From an uncultured Methanosarcinales archaeon (lineage in GTDB: Archaea; Nanobdellota; Nanobdellia; Woesearchaeales; SM23-78), in NCBI GenBank assembly GCA_964354085.1, contig CAYGYA010000017.1, positions 961 to 64,960 of the forward strand: DNA of 64,000 nt, in the 5' to 3' direction. Below the pieces are notes generated by a model, which searched no databases, had not been told where the DNA came from, and saw only the letters and a program-made list of their open reading frames with translations. How positions within the stretch are numbered: the first letter of the stretch is position 1; every line of letters begins with the position of its first letter. The position numbers were made by a program, and so were the translations under genes. This document shows positions 17,257 to 26,196 of this stretch, in pieces.

Positions 17257-17703
17257 ATGATTCACCCAAACAAAGAAATCATGGTCAAGGCTATTGAACT
17301 AGCCAAGAAGAAATACAAAGAGGGAGGGCATGCTGTAGCAGCCATAGTTGTGAAAGGAGATGATATAATCTCTAAAGCATTTACCACCATTAGGAGAGAT
17401 AATGACCCAACTAATCATGCGGAGATGAATGCTATAAGAGCTGCTGCAAAAAAATTAAAATCTTATAAACTCGAAGGGTGCTGGTTATATGCGACTTTTG
17501 AACCTTGTCCAATGTGCTCTTCTGCATGCGTCTGGGCAAGAATTGAAGGAATTGTATACGGTGCCAGTATGAATGACAGGAATGATAAATACCCGCAAAG
17601 AATACTTATTCGTTGTGAAGACACCCTAAAGAATGGGACCCCTAAACTTAAATTACACAAAGATTTTATGAGAAAGGAATGCCGAGAGCTGCTTCTGCTT
17701 TAA
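17257..17703 (+). CDS. CMP/dCMP-type zinc deaminase (TadA/GuaD-like nucleoside or tRNA deaminase)
   Basis: Zn motifs HAEMNAIRAA and PCPMCSSAC at the canonical spacing. Confidence 0.8.
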   Translation: MIHPNKEIMVKAIELAKKKYKEGGHAVAAIVVKGDDIISKAFTTIRRDNDPTNHAEMNAIRAAAKKLKSYKLEGCWLYATFEPCPMCSSACVWARIEGIVYGASMNDRNDKYPQRILIRCEDTLKNGTPKLKLHKDFMRKECRELLLL

Positions 17704-18699
17704 TTAAGCAAACAATTCCTTGATAACCTCAGTAGCATAGCTGCCCTTAGAAAGCGAGAAGGTTATCCTAACCTTCTTCTTGCCATTGTTCAGCTCGTCA
17801 TCCTCAAGCTTGTCTATCTTCAAATTTTTAATCTCGACAAACATTTCCCTCTCATTCCCTGCGCTGCTAAGGTCAGGTATTGCGCGGATTACAAAGTCGC
17901 TTGGCTTCACATCCTCGTTTTGCAGAATCTTGTCAACAATCTTTTTCACATCATTATCCTGTATCTCTGTTGCAAAACCAATTAAGGGAATCTTTTTATT
18001 AATTAATTGTTCCTCAGACGCTGGAAGGGCTTTACTTTCTTTACTAACGAACTCCTTAGTTGTTTCATTCCATAACTTGCTCTGGTAAGCATGGATGTAC
18101 ATGGTCAAGGTCTTCCAAGGAATCTTCTTGAGCGCTCCTACAAAATCATTCTTGTTCTTCTGCAGGTGCTCAATAACCTTTTTCTCATCTCTGCCAATGC
18201 TCTCAAGCAACCTGTCAACAGCTTTCTTAAAATCTTTCTTGATAATAGCCTTGCCTATCTCTACGTTGTTGGTGCTGAACCTTTGCTCACCAAAATAATT
18301 GATAATCCTGTCAATCTTCTTAGGTTTCTTTATTATGTTCCTGACTACAATCTCAAAGCTGTTGCCTTCAAGGTCTCCAAGGCTGATAGGTTCGCCTGAA
18401 TGGCCTAGAAATTTCAGATTAATATCTTTTAGCTCTAGCTTCTTAACTTTATCCTTGCTGACATTGTGCAGGCTGATGCTCTGCTCTGTGATTGCCTTGC
18501 TGTCCTTGCTGCCAGCATAGCCAATCCTTTTCCTGTCAATATGCAAGCTGTCTACAACCTGCTGAACAGCCTTTTCAGTTGTGTAGTTCTTTTTTTTCAG
18601 CTTGAAAACAGAATACTCGCCACTTGCGACCAGCTTGACACTTGATTCTTCCTTTACAACGAAGTCTTCTGGCAGTTGCTTGATCTTATAATCACTCAT
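17704..18699 (-). CDS. truD: tRNA pseudouridine synthase TruD/Pus7 family
   Basis: N-terminal QLPEDFVVKEE, the catalytic-Asp motif GYAGSKDSKAITEQ, and FGEQRF. Confidence 0.85.
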   Translation of the reverse strand: MSDYKIKQLPEDFVVKEESSVKLVASGEYSVFKLKKKNYTTEKAVQQVVDSLHIDRKRIGYAGSKDSKAITEQSISLHNVSKDKVKKLELKDINLKFLGHSGEPISLGDLEGNSFEIVVRNIIKKPKKIDRIINYFGEQRFSTNNVEIGKAIIKKDFKKAVDRLLESIGRDEKKVIEHLQKNKNDFVGALKKIPWKTLTMYIHAYQSKLWNETTKEFVSKESKALPASEEQLINKKIPLIGFATEIQDNDVKKIVDKILQNEDVKPSDFVIRAIPDLSSAGNEREMFVEIKNLKIDKLEDDELNNGKKKVRITFSLSKGSYATEVIKELFA

Positions 18700-18783
18700 A
18701 CAGAGAAGTGTTGCTCTACTGAATTAAAATGTTTTGCTTATTTTTTAACAAGCTTTTTATAAGGCACAATCTTCCCTGTTCTC

Positions 18784-19260
18784 ATGAACAAAACACTGTT
18801 GCTGGTAATATCAATAATAATCTGCCTTGCTGCAGGCTTCATTGGCTCATTATTTACCACAACAGGGCCTGACAGCTGGTACTCAAACATCAATAAGCCG
18901 AGCTTTAATCCTCCTGGATGGATATTTGGTCCTGTCTGGACTTTATTATACATTCTAATGGGCATTTCGCTTTACCTTGTCTGGCAAAAAGGCATAGCAG
19001 ATCCTCATGTCAAGATTGCCTTGCTCATATTCGCAGTTCAGTTAGTCCTGAACATCCTGTGGTCAATACTGTTCTTTGGCATGCAATCACCTATGCTTGC
19101 ACTGATAGAAATAGTGCTACTATGGGTTTTCATCCTATGGACAATAACGAATTTCTACCCAATATCAAGAACAGCAGCTTACCTGCTAATACCATACATC
19201 GTGTGGGTTAGTTTTGCTGCAATACTTAACTTCTCGATATTCATGCTGAATAAAGCATGA
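18784..19260 (+). CDS. tspO: TspO/MBR tryptophan-rich sensory protein (5 TM)
   Basis: WYSNINKPSFNPPGWIFGPVWTLLYILMGIS and a W-rich multi-TM profile. Confidence 0.85.
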   Translation: MNKTLLLVISIIICLAAGFIGSLFTTTGPDSWYSNINKPSFNPPGWIFGPVWTLLYILMGISLYLVWQKGIADPHVKIALLIFAVQLVLNILWSILFFGMQSPMLALIEIVLLWVFILWTITNFYPISRTAAYLLIPYIVWVSFAAILNFSIFMLNKA

Positions 19261-19333
19261 TACTTATAATAATCTACTTTTCTAAGAAAAAACCATTACA
19301 TTAATAAATAATACTCGACTTTTCTAATGTGCT

Positions 19334-19643
19334 GGACCAGTGGCCTAGTTTGGATACAATAAAATGCCAAAAAGGGCGACAGCCTCCTATCCTAGCGCTG
19401 ATGAAGATTATTTCGCTAGTATCAAATGATATGTGAGAATTAACCGAAGCAATGGGCGAGAGCTGTAAGTCGGGAGTTCGAACAGATTTTTAGGAAAAAA
19501 TCTGGTAACAGAAATGTTCAAAACATTTCTGGAGCAGAAAAGCATTGCTTTTCTGCTAAAAAGACTTAAGGAGGATATTTGCTTCGCAAAATCCTCCGAA
19601 TTGCCAAAAAATCCTAAAACCTACGAAAGTCTCCCCTGGTCCG
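19334..19643 (+). tRNA. tRNA-Arg(CCT) interrupted by three insertions: D-loop ~17 nt, canonical 37/38 ~71 nt, T-loop ~147 nt
   Basis: Acceptor GGACCAG (19334-40) pairs with CTGGTCC (19636-42), discriminator G. D stem GCCT/GGGC with loop AGTTTGGATA. Anticodon stem ACAGC (19379-83) pairs with GCTGT (19462-66). Anticodon loop is CTCCTA|A. Variable loop AAGTC. T stem GGGAG (19472-76) pairs with CTCCC (19631-35), loop TTCGAA. Exons sum to 75 nt. Confidence 0.85.
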
Positions 19644-19669
19644 CTTTATAATTGCGAGCATTGGCTAAC

Positions 19670-20857
19670 ATGAAACTTAATAAAAAGGCACTTAAAATAG
19701 CAGCATCAATTATTCTAGGAGTAACGCTATTTATTGTTGTTGTCTTAAAATACCCTTTTAAGCAGGTTTTTTCAACCTTCAGTCACATAACGCCTTTGCT
19801 TGTTATTGTTTACCTTTGCGTTTCTTTCTCAATTATGTTGCTCTTTGCTATCAGGTGGCGTTTTGTCCTTAAGACATTTGGCCATAACCTTTCTTTTTCA
19901 GAAGCATTCAGTTTCAGAGTTATTGAATACGGGATAAGCTATCTTACTCCTTCTGGAAAGGCTGGCGGTGAGCCAGTAAGAGCTGCCTTGCTTACAAGGA
20001 AGGGAATTAAATTCAAGGAAGGCTTGGCTGCTGTGGTCGCTGATAAGAGCATTGAAATGTCTGTTTCTGTATTGTTCTTTATTTTTGGCTTGCTTACCTT
20101 GGCTATTGATTATGCCTTGCCCAGAGGTCTCAATATACTACTCATAGTGCTTTCCTTATTTCTTCTCTACCTGCTCTGGAAGTTTTATTCCAGGATTCTG
20201 CAGGGTAAGCCTGTTTTTACAGCCCTTTACCAGTTCTTGCGCCTGCATAAGGTTAAGTTCTTGCTCAAATACCAGCAGGTAATTGCTGATTTTGAAAAGC
20301 CGATTATCAAGTTCTATAATCAGGAGAAAAAAGCTTTTTTTGTTGCACTGTCCATTAGCCTACTGAGCCTTTGCCTCTCAATTGTTGAGTATAAGATTTT
20401 AATGCTTATGCTTGGGATAAATGCTCCTCTTAGCATAGTGTTCATAGTGTTCTCTGTGGTGGGAATAGCTTTCCTTGTGCCCGTGCCAATGGGCCTTGGG
20501 AGCCTTGAAGCTTTTCAAGCCTCTCTTTTCTCTGTGCTTGGCCTTGGCTCAGCAGCAGGTGTTGGCTTGGCAATGATTACCAGGGCTAGGGATTTGTTAT
20601 GGGTCTTGGTAGGAGTTATCCTCTCACTTTACATAGGAGCCTTTAAGAGGGTTGTTAAAGAAGCTTATGACAGCAAATATTCAAATCCGATTATGAAGAC
20701 CATGATTTTCAGGAATGGGAGGGCAGAGCCTTTGACAATAAAAATGTTCAGGCATCCTGCTCATGAAAAGAGATTTTTAAGCCTGAAAGAAGTGAAGAAC
20801 AGAGGCAAGCTGCTTTTTAATAAGGGCAAGAGTAATAAGAAAGGCGGGTTAGAGTAG
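19670..20857 (+). CDS. UPF0104 / lysylphosphatidylglycerol-synthase-TM-like (flippase-like) polytopic membrane protein
   Basis: About 8 TM segments. AIRWRFVLKTFGHNLSFSEAFSFRVIEYGISYLTPSGKAGGEPVRA matches the family signature. The ATG at 19670 is preferred over the track TTG at 19652, which abuts the tRNA. Confidence 0.7.
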   Translation: MKLNKKALKIAASIILGVTLFIVVVLKYPFKQVFSTFSHITPLLVIVYLCVSFSIMLLFAIRWRFVLKTFGHNLSFSEAFSFRVIEYGISYLTPSGKAGGEPVRAALLTRKGIKFKEGLAAVVADKSIEMSVSVLFFIFGLLTLAIDYALPRGLNILLIVLSLFLLYLLWKFYSRILQGKPVFTALYQFLRLHKVKFLLKYQQVIADFEKPIIKFYNQEKKAFFVALSISLLSLCLSIVEYKILMLMLGINAPLSIVFIVFSVVGIAFLVPVPMGLGSLEAFQASLFSVLGLGSAAGVGLAMITRARDLLWVLVGVILSLYIGAFKRVVKEAYDSKYSNPIMKTMIFRNGRAEPLTIKMFRHPAHEKRFLSLKEVKNRGKLLFNKGKSNKKGGLE

Positions 20858-20872
20858 ATTTAGAGTAAGGAA

Positions 20873-22018
20873 ATGTGTAATTCAAAAAAGAAAATGATTT
20901 TTATCTATCTCTCAGAAGGCCTGAGGATGTTTAAGAGGAGAATAAGAGTTCTTTTCAAGGGGTTAAGAAAATATCCTGGCAGCGCTGAGCAAATCGCACA
21001 GCAGATAATCCATGACTGTTATAACCAGAAAAAAAATTATTTCATGGTTAGCAGCAGAAACGGGCATTTCTGCGAGTTCTATGCTCGTGATTTTGGCTGG
21101 TGCACAGAGGCTTTGCTTAAGCTTGGCTATAGAAAACAAGTTCTTAGCACTCTTGAATACGCCCTAAAAGTTTTTGAGCGCCATGGAAGAATAGAGCAAT
21201 CCATAAGCCCCAGCGGTAAGCCTTTTACTTTCCCTGACAAGTATTCTCCTGATGCCCTGGCTTTCCTGATAAGAAGCCTTAAGCTTGCAAAAGCATATGA
21301 CCTGATAAAAAAATACGAGGGTTTTCTTAACAGGGGGATTAAGAGGTATTATGACCTGGTTATTGATGAGAATACAGGGCTGGTTAGGAAGGACAAGACT
21401 TATAGCTCTATGAAAGACCATGCTCTTAGGCAGAGCTCTTGCTATGATAATGTGATTACTGGAATGCTTACCAATGATTTGCAGGAGATAAAAATTCTGG
21501 ACAATCCTTTTAAGAAATATGATTACAAAAAAATAGTTGTTGATAATTTCTGGAATCATAAAGGAGGTTATTTCCTTGATGACTTGTCAGGCAACAAGTT
21601 TGTTTGCGGGGATGCTAATGTTATTCCTTTCTGGTCAGGCTTGATAAATGATAAGACTGTGATGAGAAAAGCAATTAGCGCAATAAGGGCTGAGGGCTTG
21701 GACAAGCCATTCCCTCTGAAATATGCTGACAAGAAATTCAAGGAGCATGAGATGATTGCTGGCGAGGTTTTAGCCAGTGGCTATGAGCGCAACTCAATCT
21801 GGGCTCATGTTGGCTTTATGTACATAAAAATTGTTCTTGAAACTGATAAGAACCTAGCAAAAGAATACTTGGAGAAGTACAAGAAGCAAATAGAAACTCA
21901 CCATAATTTTTTGGAGCTATACAATAACAATGGCAAGCCTTTCAGAACTCTTCTTTACTATGCTGATGAGAGCATGCTCTGGGCTGCTAATTATCTTTAT
22001 CTTAAGTCTTTGCTTTAG
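20873..22018 (+). CDS. Possible (alpha/alpha)6-barrel glycoside-hydrolase-like protein (debranching-enzyme/GH63-like)
   Basis: Weak recognition only: GHFCEFYARDFGWCTEALLKLGY, W/Y-rich helical repeats and a C-terminal ADESMLWAANYLYL. Confidence 0.35.
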   Translation: MCNSKKKMIFIYLSEGLRMFKRRIRVLFKGLRKYPGSAEQIAQQIIHDCYNQKKNYFMVSSRNGHFCEFYARDFGWCTEALLKLGYRKQVLSTLEYALKVFERHGRIEQSISPSGKPFTFPDKYSPDALAFLIRSLKLAKAYDLIKKYEGFLNRGIKRYYDLVIDENTGLVRKDKTYSSMKDHALRQSSCYDNVITGMLTNDLQEIKILDNPFKKYDYKKIVVDNFWNHKGGYFLDDLSGNKFVCGDANVIPFWSGLINDKTVMRKAISAIRAEGLDKPFPLKYADKKFKEHEMIAGEVLASGYERNSIWAHVGFMYIKIVLETDKNLAKEYLEKYKKQIETHHNFLELYNNNGKPFRTLLYYADESMLWAANYLYLKSLL

Positions 22019-22914
22019 TCTTCTTCTTCTGCGAACAGCCCTGGCTCAGTAGAGCTTCGTCCGTCAAGCTTAGCCCAGCCGTTCTCTCTTTTGCTCTTCA
22101 TTGACTTCCAGCCATCCTTGAAAACAGCAGGCAGCCTTATTTCTTTTCCGATAACAAAGTTCTTCTTTTTCCTTATAGACTTAAGAAAGTCCTCAATATT
22201 GTCTGCCCTGCTGGCAACAACTGCGCTTCCTAGTTCTGTCAATACGTGGGCGTCGCTTCCAGCGGTAAATGATTTTTTAACTTTAACAGCCCATTTCAGG
22301 GCTTTCTTGTTCATATACCTTCTGTTGGATGCATTAAGAACCTCAATAGCATCAATCTTATTTAGCAAATGTAAGTTTTTTGGCTTTTTAAAAAAAGAAT
22401 GGCTTTTTCTTATGCCAGAAAGATAAGGATGAGGAATGCTTATCAGGCAACTATAATTTTCAGCCCTATTAATTAGCTCTCTTATGGTTAATTGTGACTT
22501 GACTGATGTTACGGTCCTGCCCCAAGCGCTTTTTGGTATGCGATGAAGGGTTGTCTTGTTTCTAATATTCCTTTCGTAGAACTCGTCAAGGTCTTTAACA
22601 GAATAAAAGTAGAACAGGATTTCCTTATTCTCAAGTGCTGCTATCTCAATGCCTGGTATTATCATGACCTTTTTTTGCTTTGAAGCCTCGACTGCTCCTT
22701 TTGCTCGTAAGTGGTCAGTAACAGCGAATCCTATCTTCATCTGAGCTGCTCTCTTAAGGAGAAAGTTAATATTTGTTATTGAGTCATGGGAGTATTTTGT
22801 GTGGACGTGCATGTCAATGAGAGTGTAGTCATTCTTAAAGTCAGCCATTGCAGGAGCATTAAAAGCAATCCTTTTTGCGTAAGTGTTATAAGGTATTTTT
22901 TTCATTGAAATCAC
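22015..22914 (-). CDS. PHP-domain metal-dependent phosphoesterase
   Basis: IDMHVHTKYSHDS N-terminal His motif, a central VTDH, and C-terminal GSDAHV. Confidence 0.8.
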   Translation of the reverse strand: MISMKKIPYNTYAKRIAFNAPAMADFKNDYTLIDMHVHTKYSHDSITNINFLLKRAAQMKIGFAVTDHLRAKGAVEASKQKKVMIIPGIEIAALENKEILFYFYSVKDLDEFYERNIRNKTTLHRIPKSAWGRTVTSVKSQLTIRELINRAENYSCLISIPHPYLSGIRKSHSFFKKPKNLHLLNKIDAIEVLNASNRRYMNKKALKWAVKVKKSFTAGSDAHVLTELGSAVVASRADNIEDFLKSIRKKKNFVIGKEIRLPAVFKDGWKSMKSKRENGWAKLDGRSSTEPGLFAEEED

Positions 22915-22926
22915 TTCTAGCTCTTC

Positions 22927-24345
22927 TCATTTCTTGTGCTTATTCAGCAGCTCCATGGCTTTTTTGCCGTCGATCTTACCTCGATGCTTTGCCATGAGCA
23001 TGCCCATGAGAGCATTAATAGGTGCTTCCTTGTTGTCTTTTATTAATGTTACGATTTCTTTTTCAATAGCTTCATCACTCATTCCCTTGTATTTGTCATA
23101 ATCAGGTTTCTTATCATTTGCAATCTCTGTTAGTATCTCAAACACAGCGCTGGTTGGTATCTCACCCTTGTCTGCTCTTGCAAACAATTCGTCAGCATGC
23201 TTAAAAACATCAATCTCTTTCTTGAACCTTGTTCTTATCTCCTTGGGAGCATTGACAAGGGTTTCGGCAATAAACTTAGGCTTAAGGTTCTTGTACTTGC
23301 TCACGTATTCTTCAAAATTAATTTCTTCTTTTACTATCTGGGATGCGAGCTCGTGGCTTAGCTCAAATTCCTTGGCTAGCTCTTTGGTTCTTTCATCAAT
23401 TGTCTTAACTGTCTTAATCCCTTTTATCTCAGGGATTATTGGGGGGATATCAGTCTCAGGATACATCCTGTCCATGCCAGGCATTGGTCTTAGAAAGCTG
23501 GTGGTGAAGTCAGCTTCTGCTTTCCTAACTTCTGACTCTACTTTCTTGCCTTGCTTTATCAGCTTTAATTGCCTCTCAATTTCATAATTCATAATCTTAG
23601 GAATGCTTCTTAAGTCCTGAAAGCCCTTGATTTCTATTCTCGCGCCAGCCTTGATGCTCAGGTTTATGTCCTGCCTTATTGTGCCTATCCCCCTCTTGCA
23701 AGCTCCTGTGCTCCTGAGAATCATACCTAGTTTTGCAGAAACTTCTTTTGCTTCTTCAGGAGTTGTGATGTCAGGCTTAGTTGCAATCTCAATAAGTGGA
23801 ATTCCTAATCTTGAAAGGTTATAAACATCATATTCTTTTTTTCTCTCAATAATCTGGCAAGCTTCTTCTTCCAGGCAGATCAGGTCTATTCCTATCTTCC
23901 TGTCATTAACCTCAACAAATCCGTGCATGCCAATCATCATGGTCCTCTGGAAGCCAGAAGTATTTGAGCCGTCAATAACAGTCTTCCTCATGACCTGTAT
24001 CTCGTCAACAATCTCGCAGTTAAGCATCTTGGCAACTTGAAGAACAGCTTTGAGAGCTTCCTGGTTTACTGGTATTGGAGGAGATTCATCCAGTTCAACC
24101 TCGCAATTAATATCATTATAGCCTTGGTAAACAAAATATTTCTGCTTTTTTTGCTCATGAAGCGCTGCCTGGTCAACTTTTCCTTCTTCGCCAGCACTAG
24201 CCCTTAGCCTTCGAATTATCTTGAAGTCAGGGTTGTCCTTTCTAATTTCAGTAGGACAGTTGCAGAAAAGCTTATGGCCTTCGAGCTGCTGATGAATCTC
24301 AATGCCGCATTTCAATCCCAGCTCATTATAATTCAGAGTTGTCAT
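22927..24345 (-). CDS. gatE: Glu-tRNA(Gln) amidotransferase subunit E (GatE), compact form without the usual insertion domain
   Basis: GLKCGIEIHQQLEGHKLFCNCPT, VIDGSNTSGFQRT, GIGTIRQDINLS, FLRPMPGMDRMYPETDIPPI (GatE-type rather than the GatB DYRYFPEPDL), and a C-terminal YqeY-like tail. The ATG at 24345 overlaps the upstream stop (ATGA). GatD is adjacent. Confidence 0.8.
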   Translation of the reverse strand: MTTLNYNELGLKCGIEIHQQLEGHKLFCNCPTEIRKDNPDFKIIRRLRASAGEEGKVDQAALHEQKKQKYFVYQGYNDINCEVELDESPPIPVNQEALKAVLQVAKMLNCEIVDEIQVMRKTVIDGSNTSGFQRTMMIGMHGFVEVNDRKIGIDLICLEEEACQIIERKKEYDVYNLSRLGIPLIEIATKPDITTPEEAKEVSAKLGMILRSTGACKRGIGTIRQDINLSIKAGARIEIKGFQDLRSIPKIMNYEIERQLKLIKQGKKVESEVRKAEADFTTSFLRPMPGMDRMYPETDIPPIIPEIKGIKTVKTIDERTKELAKEFELSHELASQIVKEEINFEEYVSKYKNLKPKFIAETLVNAPKEIRTRFKKEIDVFKHADELFARADKGEIPTSAVFEILTEIANDKKPDYDKYKGMSDEAIEKEIVTLIKDNKEAPINALMGMLMAKHRGKIDGKKAMELLNKHKK

Positions 24346-24581
24346 CTTTCCCATACAACCTTGTTTTTTCCCTTAACCCTTCTCACCCTGTGCAACGGAA
24401 TGTGTGTTTCCTCGCCATTCATGTCTATAATCATGAAGGTTTCTTCTGTTCTTATGATGTCTGAATACTTCAGCTTTTTTAATGTTTTGCTAATCCTGTC
24501 CAAATAATAGATTGTATAGTCTTCTGGCTTAAGGTTCTGGTCCCATTTTATCTTGTTAAGGAGCTCGCGGATGGTTATCAT
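24342..24581 (-). CDS. UPF0248/DUF504-family small protein
   Basis: 79 aa. ELLNKIKWD...YTIYYLDR...IPLHRVRRV..GKNKVVWER fits the pattern of archaeal UPF0248. ATGA overlaps on both sides (24578-24581 and 24342-24345). Confidence 0.6.
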   Translation of the reverse strand: MITIRELLNKIKWDQNLKPEDYTIYYLDRISKTLKKLKYSDIIRTEETFMIIDMNGEETHIPLHRVRRVKGKNKVVWER

Positions 24582-25882
24582 ACTAAGAATGTCTCTTTCT
24601 CGCTCCTTTCAGAAATCTCTCCGCGAAGGTTCTTTTCAAATAGCTCTTTAATTTCTTCTTTTTTGTGGTTGCTGAGCAGCCATGCTAACTTGATGAAAGC
24701 AGTCTCAGGTGTCATGTCAGTATAATTGCCAATCACTCCTGCGTCTAATAATTGTCTTCCGGGAGTATAAACATTCATGTTAATCCTCCCATAAATAGTT
24801 TGAGGCGCAACTACTACCGGCATTTTCTTGGCAAGTTCTGTTACCGCTTTGAGAACGTGCTCATTCTCTTCTGTGAATTCATCCACTTTCATGCTTGGAA
24901 CATGCCCAATGCCAAGGAGCTCGATTACTAATCCGTCAAAGTCTTTGTAAGCACGTATTTCTGAAGCAAACATCTGCACATGGGGCTTAACTAAGCCTAT
25001 TTTTAGTTTTTCATTGAATAATTTGAGTGTCACCTTTTTTTTCTTGTCTTTTTTCTCATAATTGGTTATGAAATCTATTTTTTTCTTCTCAACACTAATC
25101 CTTGCTATAGGATTAGCATTAATTGGTCTGAAAGCATCTCTTCGCGAGCTATGCATCTTCCTGGTCTTGCAAGGAGGCAATATAATGCAGCTATCGTCAT
25201 CATTATTCTCGTGCATGCAAATAGCTACTCCTGAGAATTCTGAATGAGTTATGAAATGAGCAGCTGCTAACAGGTTGAGTGCAGAATCACTGCTTCCCCT
25301 GTCACTGCTTCTCTGGCTTCCAACAAGAATAACTGGTATGCCTATATCTTCAAGTGCAAATGCCAATGCTGCTGAGGTGTAGTGCAAGGTATCTGTTCCA
25401 TGAGTTAGGATTATTCCGTCAACTCCTTTCTTTGCTTCTTCCTCTATAGCTTTTGCAAGAAGATTATAATGAGCAAACCTTATCATCTCAGACTGCATGT
25501 TGCGAATTAGCCTGCTATGAATGTTAGCCATTGATTTTAATTCAGGGAACAAGCCAAGGATTTCTGATTCTGTGAACTGGGCTATTACTGCGCCTGTAGA
25601 ATAATCAACCTTACTGGCAATGGTTCCTCCAGTGTGCAGGATAGAAATATTTGGCAATTTTGGATTGGTTGTTTCTTTGTTTTCTTTCTTATCCTCTTCT
25701 TTTCCTGCTTTTGCGTGGTCAAGGCTCTTCTGCTCCTTGATATTCCTCTTAGCAACTCCGATATTATAGCCATTGCTAAGCTTTAGGACTACAAAATCCT
25801 TTTCTTCCTTTATGAACACTCCTTTGAATACCTGGGTGCTGGTGCTAATCTCTAGTTGTTCTCCTTGTTTGAACATTTTCAA
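24578..25882 (-). CDS. gatD: Glu-tRNA(Gln) amidotransferase subunit D (GatD, asparaginase-like)
   Basis: The N-terminal beta domain is followed by ILHTGGTIASKVDY, GIILTHGTDTLHYTSAAL (asparaginase signatures) and ELLGIGHVP. Confidence 0.9.
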   Translation of the reverse strand: MKMFKQGEQLEISTSTQVFKGVFIKEEKDFVVLKLSNGYNIGVAKRNIKEQKSLDHAKAGKEEDKKENKETTNPKLPNISILHTGGTIASKVDYSTGAVIAQFTESEILGLFPELKSMANIHSRLIRNMQSEMIRFAHYNLLAKAIEEEAKKGVDGIILTHGTDTLHYTSAALAFALEDIGIPVILVGSQRSSDRGSSDSALNLLAAAHFITHSEFSGVAICMHENNDDDSCIILPPCKTRKMHSSRRDAFRPINANPIARISVEKKKIDFITNYEKKDKKKKVTLKLFNEKLKIGLVKPHVQMFASEIRAYKDFDGLVIELLGIGHVPSMKVDEFTEENEHVLKAVTELAKKMPVVVAPQTIYGRINMNVYTPGRQLLDAGVIGNYTDMTPETAFIKLAWLLSNHKKEEIKELFEKNLRGEISERSEKETFLV

Positions 25883-25896
25883 TTGACCCCTAAAGC

Positions 25897-26112
25897 TTAC
25901 TTTTTCTTTTTTGCTTTTTTCTTCTTAGGAACAGGTTTTTTCTGCAGATTCATAGCTTCTTTCTTAATCTTCTCAGCGCTGTCCTTCAGGAATTTCACTG
26001 CTTTCTTATCATAGCCTTTCTCATGCATCTTCTTAGCTGCATAAATAGCTGCTCCAATAGCTGCTGCTGCAACTGCTATTCCTGCAACAACCTTTGTTTT
26101 TTTACTCACCAT
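25897..26112 (-). CDS. Small membrane protein with poly-lysine tail
   Basis: One A/G/I-rich TM (VVAGIAVAAAAIGAAIYAA) and a KKKKAKKKK C-terminus. Confidence 0.45.
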   Translation of the reverse strand: MVSKKTKVVAGIAVAAAAIGAAIYAAKKMHEKGYDKKAVKFLKDSAEKIKKEAMNLQKKPVPKKKKAKKKK

Positions 26113-26196
26113 TTTTTAACCTCCAATACATTAACCAACAGTATTCCTTAGTAATAAGGTTGACTTTATATAAATTTTGCTGTTAAGCTCAATAAA

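Noticed and set aside
18738-18965. 75-aa minus-strand ORF overlapping the tspO 5' region
   Set aside because: It is antisense to a gene with a strong family signature, and it has no motif.
19390-19460. Possible box C/D guide RNA inside the anticodon-loop intron (UGAUGA at about 19399-19404; UGAUAU further on), by analogy with the euryarchaeal tRNA-Trp intron
   Set aside because: No CUGA D box or D' box lies at the required spacing, and no terminal stem is visible, so the UGAUGA match is likely chance. It remains worth an snoscan-type check.
19261-19700. Integrated mobile element or att site next to the tRNA gene
   Set aside because: There is no integrase, no direct repeat of the tRNA 3' end, and no compositional break that I can see. 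The flanking genes (tspO and the UPF0104 membrane protein) look chromosomal.
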